From Vicinamibacterales bacterium (GTDB lineage: Bacteria; Acidobacteriota; Vicinamibacteria; Vicinamibacterales; JAMQPK01), in assembly GCA_963825295.1 (NCBI GenBank), contig CAWGSZ010000001.1, positions 293,298 to 357,297 of the forward strand: a stretch of 64,000 nt of DNA, read 5' to 3'. This document shows positions 1 through 8,847 of this stretch, piece by piece. The stretch's first letter is position 1. Every line of letters starts with the position of its first letter. Under the pieces are notes generated by a model, which searched no databases, was not told the DNA's origin, and saw only the letters and a list, made by a program, of their open reading frames with translations. A program made the position numbers and the translations under genes.

Positions 1-373
1 CCTCCGTCGCGGGCACCATGACGAACGCCGAGAAATCGGCGATAGTGGCTCCCGACGGATTTTTCACCTTCATCTCGTACAGGCCCGACCTCACCGGCGC
101 CTCCCACGTCCATTTGTTGGGGCCGATGGCCGTCAGCCCTCCCTGCGGCGCGACGACGCTGTGCAGGCGTGTGCGCGGTGCGCTGACGGCGAGGGCAATC
201 TTCTCGCCCGGCAGCGCGAAAATCGCGCCTTCGTCGTACTGATAGGTGAGGGATCGCACGGTGAGGCGCTCGCTCGGCGACGGTTCGTCAGCGTCGACCG
301 CTGTCGAGCGCATGATCGCGCCAGCCGCGAGGCACAGCAAAAGTGTAATGATCCGGGTACCTGCGCGATTCAT
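1..373 (-). CDS. hypothetical secreted protein (N-terminal part; gene runs off the window start)
   Basis: ATG at 373-371 opens a stop-free frame down to position 2. It is absent from the ORF track because it is open-ended. The N-terminus MNRAGTRIITLLLCLAAGAIM is signal-peptide-like and third positions are G/C-rich. Confidence 0.45.
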   Translation of the reverse strand, partial: MNRAGTRIITLLLCLAAGAIMRSTAVDADEPSPSERLTVRSLTYQYDEGAIFALPGEKIALAVSAPRTRLHSVVAPQGGLTAIGPNKWTWEAPVRSGLYEMKVKNPSGATIADFSAFVMVPATE

Positions 374-447
374 CACACCGATCGTGTGCAATTTCCGTAC
401 GAGCCTTTTGCGCACTTGGGCCTCCAAATGTTACAGTAGTCGCCTCG

Positions 448-1515
448 GTGCCACCTCTCGAACTTAGTCTCGACATTACGCCACGAGGCCGACTCGACGT
501 CATCGATGTTCGGGCACAAGCCGCAGCCACCTACGGTGATGTCTTCGAGCAATACAACCGCTGTCTGTATTGCTCGCTCCACACGACCGCCGGGTACCTC
601 CCGCAGAGCTTCGCGGCGCGTCTCGGCTCTGGCCCGCACGCCGTCCGGCCGTACATCGATCTTTTCACCACGGTCTTTCCGGCAGGCGCGGGCTATCAGC
701 ACGACGATCTCGATCGTCGCACGGAGCTGACGGCAGAGCAACGCCCGATCGAGCCGACCAATGCCGACTCGCACCTCGCGTTCATCGGCAGCGGATTGCG
801 CGCGTGCGTGTCGTACGTCACGCGGCGTCCCGGCCCTGTGTCGTTCATCGATCTCGACGGCGTGAACGCCGGAAGGCCACGCCGGCGCATGACCACGCTT
901 GTCGGCTACAACAGCGAAATCGAAATCGCCAAGACGACGCTGCACGTGCCGGTGTCGAAGACGCACCCGGTCGATGCCGTGAACCTGAAAGATTCGCGCC
1001 TCGGCCTGTACGATCAGATCGACGAGCTCCTCAGGAAGCACGGTGTCGAAAAGGGCCGCGTTCGCCTCAGCCTCGGCCCGGGCGAGCAGTTCGCCAGCCT
1101 CACCGTGAACGAGTACGAAACGCTGTTGATGCGGTACGACCTCGCGGAAGTCCTGAAGAACCCGATGCGGTTCGCGGCGCAGAAGGCCAAGCATGCGTGG
1201 GACGACCCGCGCGCCGTTCCGTCGAAGGCGTTCGACTACGCCAAGTACGATCTGGTGAGGGCGGTGAACCGTCTCGTCGACACGCTGGGCCTCGCCGAGT
1301 CGGCCATCGAGCGTGTGCTGTCGAAAGCGCTGGCTGTTCCCGCTTCGCGCTTTCTCCGCATGAAGCGCTCCGTCGATCTGCTCGTCTCCGATACGAAAGC
1401 CCAGGGCCGCGGCGCGGTCGTCGAGGGTACCTACCAGACGCCCATCATGGTCCAGTGGCGGCGCGCCCATCGCGGCGAGCGCCAGGTGACCGCGACGCTC
1501 TCGCGATTCGTTTGA
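448..1515 (+). CDS. YjbQ/UPF0047-like domain protein with an unassigned ~200-aa C-terminal extension
   Basis: The first ~150 aa carry YjbQ-like motifs (SLHTTAGY, YQHDD, NADSHLAF, FIDLDG). The long antisense ORF 373..1470 looks like a shadow ORF. Confidence 0.5.
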   Translation: MPPLELSLDITPRGRLDVIDVRAQAAATYGDVFEQYNRCLYCSLHTTAGYLPQSFAARLGSGPHAVRPYIDLFTTVFPAGAGYQHDDLDRRTELTAEQRPIEPTNADSHLAFIGSGLRACVSYVTRRPGPVSFIDLDGVNAGRPRRRMTTLVGYNSEIEIAKTTLHVPVSKTHPVDAVNLKDSRLGLYDQIDELLRKHGVEKGRVRLSLGPGEQFASLTVNEYETLLMRYDLAEVLKNPMRFAAQKAKHAWDDPRAVPSKAFDYAKYDLVRAVNRLVDTLGLAESAIERVLSKALAVPASRFLRMKRSVDLLVSDTKAQGRGAVVEGTYQTPIMVQWRRAHRGERQVTATLSRFV

Positions 1516-1612
1516 ACTCCAAAGTTAAAACATTGTAGTGTCGGCCTTTAGGCCGATCGTGTTATCGTCTGCCGCAAATCCCTGTTGTGTAAGCCTGCTG
1601 GAGGAAGAGACC

Positions 1613-2704
1613 ATGAAGAAGCTCGTACTCGTCATCTGCCTTGCCGCGTCGGTGGCCGTCGTGGCACAGCAACAACGACGTGGCGGCGGTGGCGGATCGC
1701 GCGGATCCGGGGCAGAGCCCCCGCATCCGTCCGGACTGGCCTCGAAGGCCCCCGACCAGGGATGGGTCGGCGAAGCGTGGAACGCTCACGAGGGCGGACT
1801 GCTGCGCGTGAAGGTCCACCTGCGATTCGGGGTAGAGGCGCCCGTCGGGGTGCGAGGCAAGGAAGGCGCGTGGAAGCCGATGCCCAAGGGGTGGTACTTC
1901 GGCCGGGTCTCGATGGTGGCCAACGACCTCCAGAGTAACGTCTACGTGCTCCACCGCAACGACGACATCGACCCGCTCGTCGTGTTCGATGCCGAAGGCA
2001 ACTACCTGCGCTCGTGGGGCAAGGACGTCATCGACGATCCGCACGGCGTGCGCGTCGACGCCGGGAACTTCGTCTGGGTGGTCGATCGCGCCGGCGCGAT
2101 TCTGAAGTACACGACGGACGGCAAGCTCCTGATGACGATCGGGACCAAGGGCGTGCGCGGCAACGACGACAAGTCGTTCGGCAGCCCGACGGACCTCGAC
2201 TGGGATTCGCAGGGCAACATCTACATCGCCGACGGGTACGGCAACAGCCGCGTGGCGAAGTTCGACAAGACGGGCAAGTACGTCACGTCGTGGGGCACGC
2301 CCGGCAGCGGGCCGAGCCAGTTCCGCACGGTGCACTCGATTCAGTTCGACTCGAAGGATCGCGCGTATGTGAGCGACCGCGAGAACAACCGGATCCAGAT
2401 TTTCGACACCAACGGGACGCTGCTGAAGACCTGGAACCATCTCGGCTCGACGCAGGGCATCTGGATCTCGCCGAAAGACGAGATGTACGTGCTGACGCAC
2501 CGCAACAACGTGGAGAACATCACCGCGGATACGCTGGCGGGCCGGCTGATGAAGCTCGATCTCGAAAGCGGCAAGGTGCTCGGCTCGATGGAATCACCGG
2601 GGCACTCGGTGAACGGCTCGCCCAACGGCGACATCTTCGTGGCAAGCCTGACCGGCAACGTGTTGCGGTGGATGCCTCATCCGGAGTTTACGCGCTCACA
2701 CTAG
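1613..2704 (+). CDS. NHL-repeat beta-propeller protein (peptidyl-alpha-hydroxyglycine lyase-like), secreted
   Basis: ATG at 1613 is preceded by GGAGGA. Signal peptide MKKLVLVICLAASVAVVAQQ. NHL-type blades are present (YGNSRVAKFDKTGKYV, ENNRIQIFDTNGTLL). Confidence 0.7.
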   Translation: MKKLVLVICLAASVAVVAQQQRRGGGGGSRGSGAEPPHPSGLASKAPDQGWVGEAWNAHEGGLLRVKVHLRFGVEAPVGVRGKEGAWKPMPKGWYFGRVSMVANDLQSNVYVLHRNDDIDPLVVFDAEGNYLRSWGKDVIDDPHGVRVDAGNFVWVVDRAGAILKYTTDGKLLMTIGTKGVRGNDDKSFGSPTDLDWDSQGNIYIADGYGNSRVAKFDKTGKYVTSWGTPGSGPSQFRTVHSIQFDSKDRAYVSDRENNRIQIFDTNGTLLKTWNHLGSTQGIWISPKDEMYVLTHRNNVENITADTLAGRLMKLDLESGKVLGSMESPGHSVNGSPNGDIFVASLTGNVLRWMPHPEFTRSH

Positions 2705-2721
2705 CGCAAGAGCGCGCCGGT

Positions 2722-2783
2722 CATGGCAGATGGCAAAGGGCCGATGGCAGAACATGCCATTTGCGATCTGCCACTTGCCATGA
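2722..2783. repeat. inverted heptamer array (GGCANNT x4 / GCCANNT x4) between convergent genes
   Basis: GGCAGAT GGCAAAG GGCCGAT GGCAGAA CAT GCCATTT GCGATCT GCCACTT GCCATGA. The arms are mutually complementary. It lies between the stop at 2704 (+) and the stop at 2794 (-). Confidence 0.85.
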
Positions 2784-2793
2784 CGGCGAACCC

Positions 2794-5700
2794 TCAGAAT
2801 CCAGGGGTCAGAGAGAAGCCCCAAATCCAACCCCTTCCAGGTCTGTCGAACGGCCGCGCGAAGTCGATCTGCGCGACCGCGAAGCCCAGCAGGTTCGTGC
2901 GCAGCGTGATGCCGCCGCTCGTGACCGGCTCGCGCGATCCGTTGAAGAACGACGGCTTCTGACCCTTGTTCCAGGTGACGCCGCCATCCAGGAAGAACGC
3001 CACTTCGACGGGCACTGGCCCGTAGACGTTGCTGTCGACACCGCGGAACGGACGGAGCAGCGGGAAACGGAACTCGACGTTGCCGACGAGCATCCGGCTG
3101 CCGACGAGACGATTGTAGGTGCTGCACACCGTGGCCGATTCGCATTCGCCCGCCTCAAACGTGTTGACGTTGTACCCGCGCACGAACTCCGGATACCCCA
3201 TATAGAGCGGGATGAGACGCGAGTCCTCTGCACCCGCGCCGTACCGGCCGTAGTGGAGGCCCCGGACGGCGATGGTGTAGAAGCGGGCCGGCATGAAGTA
3301 GCGACGGTAATCGACGAGCGCCGACGTCATGTTCAAGTCGCCGAATGTCGGCGAGACCTCCAGACGCGAGCGGGCGCCGGCCACAGGGCTCGTGGCGCCG
3401 AAAATCGAGCGGTCGGTGACCAGTGCCGTGCTCACCGACGGCATGTTCAACGGATCGATGAGATCCGTGGACACTTTGTCATCGGAAATCACGCTGCCGG
3501 TGCGGAGTGAATATGCCGTGGTCTGGACACTTTGTTCGTACGACGTCCGCATGTAGCTGCCACCCAGCTCGAGTCGCGTGTTCTGACTGAACGGATACGA
3601 CACGACCCCGGTGACACCCTGGTTGATCTGCCGCTGAATGATGGTCTGCTCGACGATCGCAGACTGGCCGTTCACCACGCCCTGCGCGGTTGAGTACCCC
3701 CCGGCGAGGTACGGCGACTGCTCGACGCCGACGCCCCAGTTCCAGCGCTTCGACGTGTTCGTGTAGAACAAGGCGGCGCCGGTGTTCTTGAGCAGTTCCG
3801 AGGCGCCGGCGCCGTAGGTGTCGGCGTTCACCTGCGCGTAGAGGTTGTGATTGCCGAGCATGTCGCTGAACTGGAACGCGATGCCCCCGCCGATCGAGCC
3901 GCCGAAGCGATCGATGCCGGCCGAGATGTAGGGCTGGCTGACGGTGTCGAGCTTCAGTGTCGACTTGTAAGGCTGGACTTCGGCCGGAGTGGTGGAGAGG
4001 CCGGTCGTGGCATCGCTCAACAGCGTCGCGACCATCGACTCGCGCGGCGTTGGCGGCAGCGTCGCCGCCTGCTCGCGCGCGACGGTCGAGCTCACCGGAG
4101 TGCCGGTAAGCCCGTCGGCCTCGATCAAGTAGATGTGGTGGCTGCCTTCCTCGTAGGCGCTCAACGCCAGCGTCTTCGCGTCCATCGCCGACGAAATCGC
4201 CGGGCTCAGCGCCGTGATGCCGCTGACGCCGCTGTCGAGATTGGTGATCTGCGCGATGGCACCCGAGGACGTGTTGACCGTATACACGTTGCTGATGCCG
4301 TTCCGATCGGACACGAAGAACACGCGCCGGGTGTCGGAGCTCCATTGCGGGTTGATGCTCTTGCCCTGCTCGAAGGTCGACAGCGCTGTGATGGCGCCGG
4401 TCGCCACGTCGTAGAGCGCGAGCCGGTAGTCGCCCGCCTTCAGCAGCTTTGCGTCCGTGGTGAACCGGTCCGTGACGAACACGATGCGATCGCCGTCGGG
4501 CGACCACGAGGGCTGCAGATCGGCATACAGATCGCTGGTGACGCGCGTGGTCGTTCCCGAAGCCAGGTCGAGGATGAAGAGATCCGAGTCGCCGCCGACG
4601 GTCGCCGAGAACGCAATCGACTTGTGGTCGGGCGACCAGGTCGGGTTGAGGATTTCACCGACCTGCGGGACTTCGATTTCACGCACGACGTCGCCGTCCG
4701 AGATGTCGAGGATGGCCAGCACGGCCTTACCGGCATGCACGCCGCCAGCCACGAATTGCTTGCCGTTGGGGCTCCACGAACCGGCGGAGCCGATGAACTG
4801 CAGGCTCGTGAAGTGGGAGTCGAGCGCAGTGTCGACGAGCTTCCGCACGATGCGCCCGGTCTCGACATCTCCGAGATACAGATCGATCGAAAACAGATCG
4901 CGGGACGAGAAGAACACGATATGGCGGCCATCGGGGCTGATCGACGGCGACACGTTCGTGGCCATGCGCGCCTTGTCGGTATTGGTGAGCCAGCGCCCGA
5001 ACGTATGCGCGCGCGCCGTCGCCTGCATCACCGGCGAGTACCTGCTCGCGAATTGCCGCCTGCCAGTCGGCCGACAGCACCTTTTCGTCGACGAGCGTCG
5101 AATCCTGGATCGCCAGAATGGCGTCGCCGCTCCGCACCGCTGCCCGGAAGATCTGGCCGATGAGGTCATCGCCGTACTTGCCCCCGATGTAGGCCCAGAC
5201 CGCCTGTCCCCACCGGTAGGGGAAAAATTCTCCATTGTCCAGGCTTCGTATCTGCGGCAGCGTCTCCTTGCGCGTCGCATCGCGCAGCCACATGGCCGTG
5301 TGCGGATCGACCGGGCCGATCGACAGATACTCGGCCAGCCCTTCGACAAACCACAGCGGGAGACGCTCGATGCCCGCGCCCATGCCGCCACCAGCGGGCC
5401 GCTGGGCCGAGATGTCGTACTGGAAGGCGTGGACAAGCTCGTGGCCGAGCACGTGGTCCGTTTCCGCGAGCGTGCCGCCGAGCGGCAGCACGACGCGCCG
5501 CTTGAGGCCTTCGGTGACACCTCCCGTACCTTCGCCGAGCATGCCGCCGATCGTGTTGGTCTGTTCGAAATCAGGATGTGACGCATACAGCACGAGCGGT
5601 TGACGCGACCGAATCTCGTGCTCGAAGACTCTGGACAGGCGCGCGTACCACCGCTCGGCCATCTGACCGACGCGAGCCGCGTTCTCGCGCTCCTGGTCGT

Positions 5701-5866
5701 AGAAGTACACGTCGAAGTGCTCGGTCTTGAGCACTTCAAACTTGAAGTCCTTGTCCTGCACTTTGTTGCGACCGAAATACTGCGCCTCGGCGGGCGCGGC
5801 CGCACACACGAGAAGCAGAAGCACTGACACGACACTGAGGGAGAGTCGGCGGGATATCTGCCGCAT
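2794..5866 (-). pseudogene. zinc-peptidase-like / TolB(PD40)-like / Omp85-barrel fusion outer-membrane protein, frame broken near 5041
   Basis: ORF pieces 4727..5977 and 2794..5940 join as ..ADWQAAIREQ|YSPVMQATAR.. if one base is removed at about 5041. Signal peptide MRQISRRLSLSVVSVLLLLVCAAAPAEAQ, HELVH motif, PD40-like repeats (SWSPNG, SWSPDG), and a C-terminal surface-antigen barrel ending GFSLTPGF. Confidence 0.75.
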
Positions 5867-6051
5867 GGCGAGCTCCTGAGAGAAGGTGGCTGGACACATC
5901 CGATCGGAGTTCTGCCAAAGTCGCGCCAACCGGGCTGCATGCAAATCTTCGAGGAAATACGGCAGATGGCCGTGCAAATTGTGGAGAAACTATGGCGGGC
6001 TGTCCTCTGGTCCGGTCAATACCTAAGGGAAAAACCGGAAGCCGTGACGCC

Positions 6052-6963
6052 TCAGAGGATCCTCATACCCAGCGCGGAGAGCGCGAGCTCGGTGCCGAGC
6101 TCGGCGGTTGTATTGCGGATGTCCAGTGTCGGATTCACCTCCACCAGATCGAGCGCGAGCAGCAGGCCGGACTCGGCGAACAGTTCCATCAGCAGGTGTG
6201 CCTCGCGGTAGTTCAACCCGCCTTTCACGGGCGTACCGACGCCGGGCGCGATCGACGGATCGCACACGTCCAGATCGAACGAGACGTGAATGCCGGCCAC
6301 GCCGTCGCTCACGGCCTTCAAGGCCTGCGAGGCGACCGTGGCGACGCCGAGCCGATCGATGTCTTTCATCGTGTAGACGTGCACGCCCGAGTTGCGGACG
6401 AGATCTTTTTCGCGATCGTCCAGGTTGCGCACGCCGATGAGCGCGGTGTGCTGCGGCAGGACGGTTGGCGAGAAGCCGCCGATGGAGGACAGCTCTGACG
6501 GCTCCGGACCGAGCAGCGCGGCGAGCGGCATGCCGTGTACGTTTCCGCTCGGTGTGCTCGCCGGCGTGTTCATGTCGCCGTGCGCATCAACCCACAGAAG
6601 CCCCAGCGGTTTCTCGGCGGCCCGGGCGTGCGCGGCCGATGCGGCGACGGAGCCAGCGCCAAGACTGTGATCGCCGCCGAGGACCAGCGGCAGCGCGCCT
6701 TCTTCGAGCGACGCGCGCGCGGTCTGATACACGCGATCACACACTTTTGCAATGTCCCTGATGTACTTCTTTCGCGGATCGCCGTGTTTCTTCGTCTCGG
6801 GAATGGGAGACAGCAGATCGCCGCGATCGGCGACCACGCGGCCAAGGGCCGCAATCTTCTCGCTGAGCCCGGCGATGCGAAACGCCGACGGTCCCATGTC
6901 GACGCCGCGGCGGCTGCCGCCCATGTCCAGAGGGACGCCGATGAGATGGACCGCCGAAGGCAC
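6052..6963 (-). CDS. rocF: arginase
   Basis: Arginase/ureohydrolase motifs GGDHS, DAHGDMNTP and SFDLDVCDP. GTG start at 6963. Confidence 0.85.
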   Translation of the reverse strand: MPSAVHLIGVPLDMGGSRRGVDMGPSAFRIAGLSEKIAALGRVVADRGDLLSPIPETKKHGDPRKKYIRDIAKVCDRVYQTARASLEEGALPLVLGGDHSLGAGSVAASAAHARAAEKPLGLLWVDAHGDMNTPASTPSGNVHGMPLAALLGPEPSELSSIGGFSPTVLPQHTALIGVRNLDDREKDLVRNSGVHVYTMKDIDRLGVATVASQALKAVSDGVAGIHVSFDLDVCDPSIAPGVGTPVKGGLNYREAHLLMELFAESGLLLALDLVEVNPTLDIRNTTAELGTELALSALGMRIL

Positions 6964-6983
6964 GGGCCTACAATAGCAGGAAG

Positions 6984-7055
6984 GAACAGAAGATCAGAAG
7001 ATCAGAAGGTCATTGGCCGAAAAGAGATCTGATCTCCTGAACTTCTGATCTTCTG
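6984..7055. repeat. inverted octamer-type array (GATCAGAA / TTCTGATC) in a divergent promoter region
   Basis: CAGAAGATCAGAAG (6987-7000) is the perfect reverse complement of CTTCTGATCTTCTG (7042-7055). The same 14-mer recurs at 51051-51064, with related copies at 60124-60160. Confidence 0.85.
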
Positions 7056-7066
7056 TGAGTGACTGA

Positions 7067-8404
7067 ATGACGATGCGCGTTCCCGACATCAAAGTGCCGC
7101 CACCCGGACCCCGCGCTAAAGCGCTGCTCGAGCGCGATCGCGCGGTGGTGTCGCCATCCTACCCCCGCAGCGCGCCGTTCGTGATGGCGCGAGGCGAGGG
7201 CTGCGTCGTCGAAGACGTGGATGGCAACGTCTATCTCGACTGCTGTGCGGGAATCGCTGTCGCGTCGACCGGCCATTCGCATCCCGACGTCGTGCGCGCC
7301 GTCACCGAGCAGGCCGCGCGGTTTCTTCACATCTCGACCGACTACTACCACGAGTCGCAGATCGTGCTGGGCGAGGAGCTCTCGCGGATCGCGCCCGTGA
7401 AGGGTCCTGCCAGGACATTTTTCTCGAATTCCGGAACCGAAGCGGTCGAGGCGGCCATCAAGCTCGCGCGGCATCACACGGGACGCTTCAACCTCATCGC
7501 GTTTCTCGGGTCGTTTCACGGCCGCACGCTCGGGTCGCTTTCGCTCACGTCGAGCCGCACCGTGCAGCGGCACGGGTTCGGTCCCATGTCGCCCGGTGTG
7601 TTTCACGCGCCGTACGCCAATCCGTATCGGCCCGTGATTGGAAGCGGGCGCGATCGGTCGAACGTGGCGTGCGACGCGCTCGCGTACATCGAGCACCAGA
7701 TCCTCGCGCATCTGGTGGCCCCCGACGAGGTCGCCGCCATCATCGTCGAGCCGATTCAGGGCGAAGGCGGATACGTCGTGCCGCCGGAGGAGTTCATCCA
7801 GGGGCTGGCGAAGATTGCGGCGAAACACGGCATGCTGCTCATTGCCGACGAAGTGCAGTCGGGCTTCGGGCGTACGGGAAAGATGTTCGGCATCGAGCAC
7901 TTCGGCGTACAGCCCGACATCATCGTTGCCGCGAAGGGCATCGCATCCGGCCTTCCGATGGGCGTCACCATTGCCGGGCAGGACGTGATGGACTGGCCGA
8001 CAGGCGCGCACTCGAACACGTTCGGCGGCAACCCCGTCGCCTCGGCGGCGGCGCTGGCGACGATCAAGCTCGTCGAAGGCGGGCTGATGCAGAACGCGGT
8101 CGAGATCGGCGGCTACCTGCAGGACCGGCTGCGGGAGCTGGCAAAGCGGCATTCCCTTATCGGAGATGTGCGCGGGCACGGCTTGATGATCGGTGTCGAG
8201 CTCGTCCGCAATCGCCAGACGAAAGAAAGGGCTACGACCGAGCGCGACGAGGTCGTGATGGCCGCCTTCCGCCGGGGGCTGCTGGTCCTCGCCGCCGGGG
8301 CGAACACCATTCGTTTCTCTCCGCCACTCGTGCTGACAAGGGATGAAGCCGACATCGCGGTTCGCATCCTGAGCGAGGCACTTTCCGAAGTCTCCAATTC
8401 TTAA
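7067..8404 (+). CDS. class-III PLP aminotransferase (4-aminobutyrate/ornithine aminotransferase-like)
   Basis: Motifs AGIAVASTGHSHP, SNSGTEAVEAAIKLAR, ADEVQSGFGRTGKMF and AKGIASGLP. Divergent from arginase. Confidence 0.85.
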   Translation: MTMRVPDIKVPPPGPRAKALLERDRAVVSPSYPRSAPFVMARGEGCVVEDVDGNVYLDCCAGIAVASTGHSHPDVVRAVTEQAARFLHISTDYYHESQIVLGEELSRIAPVKGPARTFFSNSGTEAVEAAIKLARHHTGRFNLIAFLGSFHGRTLGSLSLTSSRTVQRHGFGPMSPGVFHAPYANPYRPVIGSGRDRSNVACDALAYIEHQILAHLVAPDEVAAIIVEPIQGEGGYVVPPEEFIQGLAKIAAKHGMLLIADEVQSGFGRTGKMFGIEHFGVQPDIIVAAKGIASGLPMGVTIAGQDVMDWPTGAHSNTFGGNPVASAAALATIKLVEGGLMQNAVEIGGYLQDRLRELAKRHSLIGDVRGHGLMIGVELVRNRQTKERATTERDEVVMAAFRRGLLVLAAGANTIRFSPPLVLTRDEADIAVRILSEALSEVSNS

Positions 8405-8412
8405 TTTCATAG

Positions 8413-8442
8413 TTGACACAGGCCTCCACGGGAGCGTAGTGT
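8413..8442 (+). promoter_or_regulatory. possible sigma-70-type promoter of the blaI operon
   Basis: TTGACA (8413-8418), an 18-nt spacer, then TAGTGT (8437-8442), about 25 nt upstream of the blaI start. Confidence 0.3.
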
Positions 8443-8469
8443 GGGCAAGTCTTAATTTATTAGGTGAAC

Positions 8470-8847
8470 ATGCCTCGTCCTACGTCCCCAACGATGACCG
8501 ACGGCGAACTGCGTCTGATGCGCGTGCTTTGGGAAAGAGGTCAGGCGACGGTCGGGGAGGTGGTGGAGGCCCTCACCACAGGACCGAAGCCTGCCTACAA
8601 CACGGTGCTCACGCTGCTGCGCATCATGGAGAAGAAGGGGTATGTCTCGCACCGGAAGGACGGGCGCGCCTTCATTTTCCTGCCCGAAGTCGGCCGCGCC
8701 GCCGCGAGCCGCAGCGCGCTGCAGACGCTGGTCAATCGTTTCTTCGAAGGGTCGACGCGCCTGCTGATGCTGAATCTGCTCGAAGACGAGCAGCTCGCTC
8801 CCGATGTCGTGAAGCGGTTGAAGGAGCGGATCGAGGAGGCCTCATGA
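8470..8847 (+). CDS. blaI: BlaI/MecI/CopY family transcriptional repressor
   Basis: Winged-helix pattern LRLMRVLWERGQATVGEVVEAL..YNTVLTLLRIMEKKGYV. ATG at 8470 follows AGGTG (the ORF track opens at GTG 8464). The stop overlaps the next ATG (ATGA). Confidence 0.85.
   Translation: MPRPTSPTMTDGELRLMRVLWERGQATVGEVVEALTTGPKPAYNTVLTLLRIMEKKGYVSHRKDGRAFIFLPEVGRAAASRSALQTLVNRFFEGSTRLLMLNLLEDEQLAPDVVKRLKERIEEAS

Noticed and set aside
373-1470. 365-aa minus-strand ORF, and similar long antisense ORFs (1562..2500, 7010..8419, 11164..12408, 12779..14284, 14685..15494, 36347..37303, 41387..42415, 42946..44580, 48462..49667).
   Set aside because: Each lies antisense to a gene with clear family motifs, is Arg/Ala/Gly/Pro-rich and has no recognisable motif. 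These are the typical shadow ORFs of high-GC DNA.
1541-1556. Small hairpin TCGGCC-TTTA-GGCCGA after the YjbQ-like gene as a terminator.
   Set aside because: The stem is only 6 bp and has no T-tract, which is too weak to call.
5035-5045. Programmed ribosomal frameshift in the Omp85-fusion gene (and at other single-base lesions).
   Set aside because: There is no slippery heptamer or downstream structure. The lesions look like one extra G/C adjacent to an identical base.
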